Below are positions 48,148-55,309 of a stretch of 64,000 bases of DNA, in pieces; position 1 is the first letter of the stretch; the number at the start of each line of letters is the position of its first letter. A model generated the notes under the pieces. It had not been told where the DNA came from and made no database searches. It saw only the letters and a list, made by a program, of their open reading frames with translations. This stretch comes from Halobacteriaceae archaeon (GTDB lineage: Archaea > Halobacteriota > Halobacteria > Halobacteriales > Halobacteriaceae): contig JBDGTS010000020.1 in NCBI GenBank assembly GCA_042216675.1, positions 32,001 through 96,000 on the forward strand. Reading direction: 5' to 3'. The position numbers and the translations under genes were made by a program.

Positions 48148-49187
48148 TAGTCTTCGTGGACGTCGAGGGGGATGGCGTCAGACGCGTCCTCCCAGTGGAA
48201 GCACTTCGTGCGTTGCGTCTCGGTCACGTCGTAGAACGGCGGGTCCTCCGTCTCACACTCCTCGGTGGCGAGGGGGCAGCGCGGATGGTACGAACAGCCG
48301 TCGGGGACGTTCACCGGGTCCGGGCTCATCCCCGGTATCGGCTCCATGTCCTCGATGTCCATGCCCAAGTCCGGGATGGCCCGCATCAGTGCCCGCGTAT
48401 ACGGATGCGCGGAGTTCGTCACGAGTTCCTCGACGCCGCCGACTTCGACCACTTCGAAGGCGTACATCACGGCCAGTCGGTCACAGAGTCGGGAGATGGT
48501 CGCGATGTCGTGGCTGATGACGATGACCGTGAGGTCGTACGTCTCCTTCAGGTCGTCGAGGAGCGCGAGGATAGACTGCTGCATCAGCAAGTCGAGCGCG
48601 GACGTCGGCTCGTCCATGATGAGGAGTTCCGGGTCCAGGATGAGACTCAGCGCGATGAGGACGCGCTGTTGCATCCCCCCGCTGAGTTCGTGGGGGTAGG
48701 AGTTCAGCACGCGGTCGGGGTCGAGATACACCTGCTCCAGTAGCTCTCGCGCGTGCGCCATCTTCTCCTCTGAGTCGGCGTCGTGTGCGTCGATGGTTTC
48801 GAGGAAGTGGTCCTCGATAGAGAGCGTTGGATTGAACGAGTCCATCGCCCCCTGAAACACGAACGCGATCTCCTCCCACCGAACCTGTCGGAGTTCCTCC
48901 TCGGTGAGGTCGAGAATCCGTTGCTCCGTCCCGTCACGCTCGACGTACGTCACCTCGCCGCGGGAGACCCCCGGGTCCTCGACGGCGTCCAGAAACGAGA
49001 GGGCGAGCATCGACTTGCCACTCCCGCTCTCGCCGACGAGTCCGAGAATTTCGCCTCGTTGGACCGTGATGTCCACGTCGTTGACGACGATCGCCTCGCC
49101 TCGCTCCATCGCGAACGCGACGTTTACGTCCTCGCCGCGCACGATGGCATCGGGCGCGTCGGTCGCGTCTCGGGTAGTTCCTGACAT
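48147..49187 (-). CDS. dppD: Oligopeptide-type ABC ATPase (DppD-like)
   Basis: GESGSGKS, YPHELSGGMQQR, MDEPTSALD, HPYT, GCSYHPRCP. Confidence 0.9.
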   Translation of the reverse strand: MSGTTRDATDAPDAIVRGEDVNVAFAMERGEAIVVNDVDITVQRGEILGLVGESGSGKSMLALSFLDAVEDPGVSRGEVTYVERDGTEQRILDLTEEELRQVRWEEIAFVFQGAMDSFNPTLSIEDHFLETIDAHDADSEEKMAHARELLEQVYLDPDRVLNSYPHELSGGMQQRVLIALSLILDPELLIMDEPTSALDLLMQQSILALLDDLKETYDLTVIVISHDIATISRLCDRLAVMYAFEVVEVGGVEELVTNSAHPYTRALMRAIPDLGMDIEDMEPIPGMSPDPVNVPDGCSYHPRCPLATEECETEDPPFYDVTETQRTKCFHWEDASDAIPLDVHED

Positions 49188-49255
49188 GAGTTATCGTTTA
49201 CCTCGGGTCGCTACTCCCCCATTTTCGAACGTGATAGTTAAAACCTCCCACACCG

Positions 49256-50068
49256 TCAGGCCCCGGCCGCCGGGAGGTCGGTATACGGCTCGGACTCGAA
49301 CAACACCGTGTCGCAGTTCGGACAGTGGACGACGGTCCGGGCCTGTCCGGAGACACAACAGGACGTGACTTTCTCCGCGGCGACGTGGTCCGAGCAGTCC
49401 GGACACCTGTCGAGAAACGGCCGGAGCCCCCGGGTTACGACACTGCGCCGAGCCACGGGGACGGCGTCCCAGCGGGAGAGACGGTCCGCTAGCACTCTGT
49501 CGGCGGCGAAGTCGGCGACAGCGGCGGTACGAGACACCCAGCGACCGAGAATCCTGTCCTGTTCGTGAGCGATTAGGTCACCCTCCTGTTCGGTCACGGC
49601 GGCGTCCTCGCCGAGTGCGTCCCGAATCAGGTCCTCGACGGACGCGGACTCGCGGATGGCCGTCATCTCTGCGTGCCAGTCGGCCCGGAACGTCTCGTCC
49701 AGACAGAGGTCGTCCACCTCGGCGCACTCGGTGACGGCCCCCGCCCGCCGGAGGACCGCTTCCGGGTCCGGTTCGTCGTCCATCTCCGCGGCGGGAACCG
49801 TGGTGTCGTGGTGGTCGAAGTGCCGGAGCACTGAGTCGGGGAGGTACTGCGTCAGCGTGGGAGTCCCGGGGACGACGTAGCCACGGAGGTAGACGGCCGC
49901 GACGCCGACGACGAAGGCGGCGACGCCGACGCCGACAGCCGTCGCGAGGGCGACGGCGAGGCTGAGGGTCGCGACGATGACGACGTTGACGACGGTGCAG
50001 GCGAGACACCGGTTCTCGCCGGTGTACTCGGGGTTCCGGAGGTGCCCGAAGGTTCCTGAGCCGAGCAT
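49256..50068 (-). CDS. Haloarchaeal hypothetical membrane protein with Cys motifs
   Basis: PEYTGENRCLACT, two TM segments, YLRGYVVPGTP, C-terminal CPDC/SCC/CPNC. Confidence 0.75.
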   Translation of the reverse strand: MLGSGTFGHLRNPEYTGENRCLACTVVNVVIVATLSLAVALATAVGVGVAAFVVGVAAVYLRGYVVPGTPTLTQYLPDSVLRHFDHHDTTVPAAEMDDEPDPEAVLRRAGAVTECAEVDDLCLDETFRADWHAEMTAIRESASVEDLIRDALGEDAAVTEQEGDLIAHEQDRILGRWVSRTAAVADFAADRVLADRLSRWDAVPVARRSVVTRGLRPFLDRCPDCSDHVAAEKVTSCCVSGQARTVVHCPNCDTVLFESEPYTDLPAAGA

Positions 50069-50219
50069 GGGAGAGAGGAATTCACAGACCCGTATAGTTC
50101 TGTTGCCCGTTAGCACGGCACGCAGGTCGATGATTAACTCTGCCACGAGTATGACCTATTTTTAATACGTTTAATCGTGAATATTAATTCGTGCCATCCC
50201 GGCACAGGATTGATAAACG

Positions 50220-52469
50220 ATGACAGACGACACACCGGCGACAGACAGGACGAACGAATCGGACGGGCAACTACCGCTCTCGCGACGCGCGGCGCTGGCG
50301 CTGTTGGGGGCCGGCGGCGCGGCGGCCGCGGCGACGGGGCCGGCGGCGGCGACCCACACAAACGGCGACGACGGCGCGCCGACGCGTCCGTGGAACCAGC
50401 ACGTCGACGCACAGGACCACGACCTGACGAACGTCGCGTCGCTGGAGGCGGACCACGCGTCGCTGGGGACTCTCGACGTAGACGTCACGTACACGTCGGC
50501 CCGCGAGGCCGACGTCATCGTCTGGAAGGACGACGACGGGACGTGGTACGCCGACGGGACGACCGAGCGGGTGGCGACGGGGTCGGACGTGCTGGCCGTC
50601 ACGCAGGCCGCGGTGGACAGCCTCACGGACGGCCGCGACTGGCAGGAGAAAGTCCTCGTCGTCTCGCCCGGCACGGCGACGGGCGAGGTGAGCGCCATCT
50701 CGGTGCCGAGCTATACGGTCCTCGACATGCCGTACCGGGTCCACATCCCGACGGACGTCGACGTCGACTACGTCGTGAACGCCACAGACGAGACTGACAT
50801 CGCGATTCCGCGCCTCCACGTCACCGGCGCGCCGTTCATCCCCTGCCGACTGCAGGGCGTCCGGCGCACGACGGTCGGCGAGTTCCGCTACTACGCGGAC
50901 CCGGACGCCGACACGGACGTGGGCCTGCGCATCGACGACTGGGGCGGCGAGGTCCAGTGTGAGGACGTACAGGTGGGCCGCGCGTACGTCGAGCACTCCG
51001 AGAACCACGGCGTCGAGACGGTCAACGTCCACCGGTTTCAGGCCGACCAGATCATCGGCAACGACACGGGCGGCACGGCCTGCTTGCTGAACCGAACGAC
51101 GGACGCGACGGTCAACAGCGTCGTCGGGTACGAGACGGGGAGCAAGGAGGAGGCGTACGCGACGTTCCGTCTCGCGAACGACAACCAGAACATCTCCGTC
51201 GGGCAGGTCGTCAGCCGCGGGGGCTTCCGGGGGCTGGCGATCATCACCGACGCCCAGCGGGTTTCCATCGGGGAAGTCGACATCGCGGAGCCAGAGTTGA
51301 GCGGCATCCAGATGGTCGACGCTGCAGACGTCACCATCGGCGGCGGCGTCATCCGCAACCCCGGCGACCACGGCGTCAACATCTACTCGCTGAACAACGA
51401 ACCGCCGAACGAGAACATCAGCATCACGGACCTCCGCATCATCGACGACCGCGACGAGACGGAGATGGAGTACGCCATCAACGAGGGCGGAGAGTCCGCG
51501 AACAACCGCTTCGTGGACAACGACCTCGACCCCGGCACGCAGGGCGTCATCAACGTGGGCTCGGGGACGACCGTCGTGCGGGACAACACCGGCGGCGGCC
51601 TCGACGAGGGCAAGATGACGCTCACCGGCGGGGCGGCCCCGGCGGCGCGCGTCGAGGGCGTGACTGCCACCGGAAGTTCGGCGCTCGAAGCGCGAATCCA
51701 GCCGGTCCGGCCGCCGGAGACGGCCTTCGGGTTCGAGTCGCACTTCGAGTGGACCGGCGGGGAGTGGGACCTCGTCGTCGAGTGGACGACCGACCCGGGA
51801 ACCGACGTCGACGCGACGTACATCGTCGACCGCGACCAGCCGAACCTCGCGGGCGTCGAGACGGGGCCGCCGTCGGAGTGGAACCCCGACGAGGTCGACG
51901 AGGAACCGGGCGCGGGCGTCATCGACGACTTCGAGGACGAGAACATCTCGGAGTACGTCGGCGCGACCGGGGCCTACGAGGTGAACAGCGACGCGCCGGT
52001 GGCCGAAGGGTCCTACAGCCTCAAGAACACGGGCGGCGACGAGGCGCTCATCGGCTCCTTCGCGGGCCTCGACCGCTACCCGAGCGCGGGCGACACGTTC
52101 GCCGCGAAGGCCGCGAGCATCGACGACGCGGAGAACTTCGGGCTCCTGTTCGGCATGCAGGACCTGTCGAACTTCTACTTCACGCGCTACTGGAAGGGCG
52201 GCCCGGACCTCCAGATCTGGCGCGTCGAGGACGGCAGCTACAGCGAACTCGCGAGCGTGGACGTGCCCGAGACCACCGTCGGCACCGTCTACGACTACGT
52301 CGTGGACTGGGCCGCCGACGGCACCATCACGCTCGAACTGCGCGAGACGGACGGCACCGTCATCGGGACGACGACGGCACAAGACACGACGTTCACGGAG
52401 GGCGGCATCGGCACCCGTCGGTCGGGGATGCTGGACGACATCCGCATCACCGACGCCGGGAGCCAGTGA
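50220..52469 (+). CDS. Tat-exported right-handed beta-helix (pectin lyase-fold) protein with acidic C-terminal beta-sandwich
   Basis: LSRRAAL signal; beta-helix-like repeats (NISVGQV, DVTIGGG, NISITDLRI); IDDFED...GGIG C-terminal domain. Confidence 0.72.
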   Translation: MTDDTPATDRTNESDGQLPLSRRAALALLGAGGAAAAATGPAAATHTNGDDGAPTRPWNQHVDAQDHDLTNVASLEADHASLGTLDVDVTYTSAREADVIVWKDDDGTWYADGTTERVATGSDVLAVTQAAVDSLTDGRDWQEKVLVVSPGTATGEVSAISVPSYTVLDMPYRVHIPTDVDVDYVVNATDETDIAIPRLHVTGAPFIPCRLQGVRRTTVGEFRYYADPDADTDVGLRIDDWGGEVQCEDVQVGRAYVEHSENHGVETVNVHRFQADQIIGNDTGGTACLLNRTTDATVNSVVGYETGSKEEAYATFRLANDNQNISVGQVVSRGGFRGLAIITDAQRVSIGEVDIAEPELSGIQMVDAADVTIGGGVIRNPGDHGVNIYSLNNEPPNENISITDLRIIDDRDETEMEYAINEGGESANNRFVDNDLDPGTQGVINVGSGTTVVRDNTGGGLDEGKMTLTGGAAPAARVEGVTATGSSALEARIQPVRPPETAFGFESHFEWTGGEWDLVVEWTTDPGTDVDATYIVDRDQPNLAGVETGPPSEWNPDEVDEEPGAGVIDDFEDENISEYVGATGAYEVNSDAPVAEGSYSLKNTGGDEALIGSFAGLDRYPSAGDTFAAKAASIDDAENFGLLFGMQDLSNFYFTRYWKGGPDLQIWRVEDGSYSELASVDVPETTVGTVYDYVVDWAADGTITLELRETDGTVIGTTTAQDTTFTEGGIGTRRSGMLDDIRITDAGSQ

Positions 52470-52514
52470 CCGCCGAGGGGCACTTCTTTTATCGAGGCGG
52501 GCGATGGCGGTGCC

Positions 52515-53054
52515 ATGAGCGACCTACAGGAGACGGCGGCGGACGTGGCCGACGACCTCTCGAAGAGCGACGTCGTCGTCCGGACCCGACCGGCGGTCCA
52601 CCGACAGGTGAAACGCCGCGTCGACGTGGAACACGTCACGCTGGACGCGGTGCGCGAGGGGTTCGCCGAGATGGGATGGACCTACGACCGGCATCTGTAC
52701 TTCGACCCGGAGGCCGTCGCGGCGCGCGCGGCGGAACTGGCCGCGACGTACCGCGAGTCCGAGGGGCGTCTCGTGGTCAGCCACGACGAGGTGTGTGACC
52801 GGCTCCACGACTCGGAAGAGGAGGAGCGCCAACGGGTCTCGGGGTGGAACGGCGGCGACTTTCTGGACACGGTCGTCGACGCCTTCGCCGAGCGTGGCTG
52901 GCACACCGAGGTCCACGACCGACAGCGCGTCTACCAGTTCCCGCTGTACCGCGTGTTCGAGGAGAACCATCCGAACGGCCGGGGCGGGCGCTCGACGGCG
53001 GAACTGTTCGGCGACTACGTCTCCACGTCGATGGAGACGCTCGCCGAGGAGTGA
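52515..53054 (+). CDS. Hypothetical protein
   Basis: 179-aa acidic ORF with typical codon usage. Confidence 0.65.
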   Translation: MSDLQETAADVADDLSKSDVVVRTRPAVHRQVKRRVDVEHVTLDAVREGFAEMGWTYDRHLYFDPEAVAARAAELAATYRESEGRLVVSHDEVCDRLHDSEEEERQRVSGWNGGDFLDTVVDAFAERGWHTEVHDRQRVYQFPLYRVFEENHPNGRGGRSTAELFGDYVSTSMETLAEE

Positions 53055-53095
53055 ACGACAGGGATTTGAGGGACGACTCGGTTCTTCGGACACGG

Positions 53096-53701
53096 ATGTT
53101 CGAGAGACGACAGATACTCGGCGCGCTCGGTACCGCCGGCGCGACGCTGCTCGCTGGCTGTGGCTCCTCCGGCAACGGCGGCGGGGGACAGGACTACGCG
53201 ACGCCCGGCGAATCGCGAGAGCTGAGCGGGATTCGTTTCACCGTCACCTCGGTGACGGAGACGACGACCGTCGACGCGGTGGCCCCGGACGTGAACGACA
53301 CGGCAACCACCTACCGGACGACGCGGCTGACCGCCGGCGAGGACAGCATCGGCGACCAGCGACGCTTCCTCGTCGTCGACCTGACGGCCGAGAACACCGG
53401 CGACTCGGCACAAGAACTGCCCGCGCCCGCGCCGACGCCGCCCGCGGCGGCGGGGCGCATCTCCATCACAGGGGCCGCGCGGGGCGTCAACCCCCGCTCC
53501 GTCACCGGCCAGCTGCTCCGGGACAGCACGCCTGTGGAGAGTTTCGGGGCGCGGGTCGCCGACCTGAACTGGTCACTTCCGCCCGGCGAATCCGTCAGCG
53601 GGTGGCTCCTGTTCCGCGTCAGCGACGACTTCAACCGCACGACGAACACGCTCACCGTCGAAATCGACGCCACCACCGCGCGCTGGCAGTTGAAGACGTG
53701 A
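53096..53701 (+). CDS. Tat lipoprotein, DUF4352-like Ig-type domain, copy 1
   Basis: MFERRQIL...AGC; FLVVDLTAENTG; LPPGESVSGWLLF. Confidence 0.78.
   Translation: MFERRQILGALGTAGATLLAGCGSSGNGGGGQDYATPGESRELSGIRFTVTSVTETTTVDAVAPDVNDTATTYRTTRLTAGEDSIGDQRRFLVVDLTAENTGDSAQELPAPAPTPPAAAGRISITGAARGVNPRSVTGQLLRDSTPVESFGARVADLNWSLPPGESVSGWLLFRVSDDFNRTTNTLTVEIDATTARWQLKT
53539..53605 (+). repeat. 67-bp repeat with 1 mismatch shared by lipoprotein copies 1 and 3 (second copy 54881-54947)
   Basis: gagtttcggggcgcgggtcgccgacctgaactggtcacttccgcccggcga(a/c)tccgtcagcgggtgg. Confidence 0.9.
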
Positions 53702-53743
53702 GAGGAACCGTTTTAGCCCGAGACCGCTGACACTCAGTATCCG

Positions 53744-54352
53744 ATGTACGACAGGCGCACGGTCCTCGGTGCCGTCGGCGGGGCGGCGGCCACCCTCCTC
53801 GCCGGCTGCGGCGGTTCGTCGGACGGGACGTTCGCCCCACCCGGCGAGGCGCGGACGATCAGCGGGCTTCGAATCACCGTCACGGACGGCCTCCAGCGGC
53901 GACAAATCGACGTCGCTCCCGACGGCGACGGAAACCGGACGACGCGGCTCACCGCCGGAACGAGCAAACTCCGCAACGCGCGGCAGTTCGTCGGGGTAAA
54001 ACTCCACATCGAGAACGCCACCGACGAGGAACAGGAGTTGCCTGCGCCCGCGCCCGCACCGCCGCTGGCGGCCGGCAAAATCGCCATCGAGAGCGCCGCC
54101 AAACCACTGAGCGACGTGACCCCCGAGCGATACGAGGGGCACCTGTGGGTCGACGGGGAGCCACGCCAACCCCTGACCGAGGCGCTCGCGGCCCGGGATC
54201 TACTGCTCGCCCCCGAGGCGTCCGTCGCCGGCTGGGTCGTCTTCCTCGTGGACGAGGCGCTCGACCTGTCGGAGAGCCCGCTGGCGGTGGAAATCGAGGG
54301 TGTCTCTGTGCGCTTCGAGATCCCCGTCGACGACGCATCGACGCCCGGATAG
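53744..54352 (+). CDS. Tat lipoprotein, DUF4352-like, copy 2
   Basis: MYDRRTVL...AGC; FVGVKLHIENAT; LAPEASVAGWVVF. Confidence 0.78.
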   Translation: MYDRRTVLGAVGGAAATLLAGCGGSSDGTFAPPGEARTISGLRITVTDGLQRRQIDVAPDGDGNRTTRLTAGTSKLRNARQFVGVKLHIENATDEEQELPAPAPAPPLAAGKIAIESAAKPLSDVTPERYEGHLWVDGEPRQPLTEALAARDLLLAPEASVAGWVVFLVDEALDLSESPLAVEIEGVSVRFEIPVDDASTPG

Positions 54353-54446
54353 CGACAGTGGACGTGGAGGGCGAACGGCGCCACGTCTCGGTCGCGACGA
54401 CGACGGCGGCGACATGCACTTTGACCTCCGCCTCCACCACCGAGGC

Positions 54447-55043
54447 GTGAACAGGCGTGGACTCCTGCGGACGCTGGGCGTCGGGGCGGCGGCGCTGGCG
54501 GGGTGTAGCAGTTACCGGTCGGGTGCCGGCGAGGACGGCGTCCCCGGCGAGACGCTGGAACTACTAGACGTACACTACACCCTCACGAGCGTCGCCGAAG
54601 CGGAGACGATCGAGGTGGCTGGTGCGGAGGCGGACGCCGACAGCACGACCCTGCTGGCGGCCGACGCGTGGCGGAGCGGGACCGACCGGCGGTTTCTCGT
54701 CACCGATCTGCGCGCCGAGAACCGGTCGGGCGAGTCACAGGGACTCCCGGCGCCGAGTCCGGCGCCACCGGCCGCGACGGGCCGCGTCTTCGTCACGGGC
54801 CGCAACGACCCGGTAGGTCGCAAGGGCCTCGACGCGGCGCCCGTCGTCGGCCGCCTCGTGCGCGACGGCGCGGCGGTCCCGAGTTTCGGGGCGCGGGTCG
54901 CCGACCTGAACTGGTCACTTCCGCCCGGCGACTCCGTCAGCGGGTGGGTCGTGTTCCACGTCCGGGAGGGCTACGACCGCTCGAAGAACGAGTTCGTCGT
55001 CAGAATCGGCAACGCGGCGGCGCACTGGGCGCTCTCCGCGTGA
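54447..55043 (+). CDS. Tat lipoprotein, DUF4352-like, copy 3
   Basis: GTG start, NRRGLL...AGC; FLVTDLRAENRS; LPPGDSVSGWVVF. Confidence 0.78.
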   Translation: MNRRGLLRTLGVGAAALAGCSSYRSGAGEDGVPGETLELLDVHYTLTSVAEAETIEVAGAEADADSTTLLAADAWRSGTDRRFLVTDLRAENRSGESQGLPAPSPAPPAATGRVFVTGRNDPVGRKGLDAAPVVGRLVRDGAAVPSFGARVADLNWSLPPGDSVSGWVVFHVREGYDRSKNEFVVRIGNAAAHWALSA

Positions 55044-55084
55044 CCGGGGCAACTGTTAAGCACCCACACAGTAAAGGTCGTGAC

Positions 55085-55231
55085 ATGACTGATCCCGAAA
55101 GTGCCGTCGAGTGTCAGCCCGGGTTCGGCCGCGCGACGCGATGCCCGTCCTGTGACCGCCGCGTCGTCGACGGCGGCTACTGCCCGGAGTGTGAGGCGGA
55201 CCGGGACGCCCGCCCGACAGACGCGGTTTGA
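55085..55231 (+). CDS. 48-aa CPxC zinc-finger microprotein
   Basis: MTDPES...CPSC...CPEC; TATA-like GTTAAG about 30 nt upstream. Confidence 0.65.
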   Translation: MTDPESAVECQPGFGRATRCPSCDRRVVDGGYCPECEADRDARPTDAV

Positions 55232-55309
55232 GAGCGGAGTCGGGGCCGAAACCCGACGCCGCCTTCCGCGGCGCGTAGTTTTATCCTCCCGGCTCCGCTT
55301 CGGTCGGTG

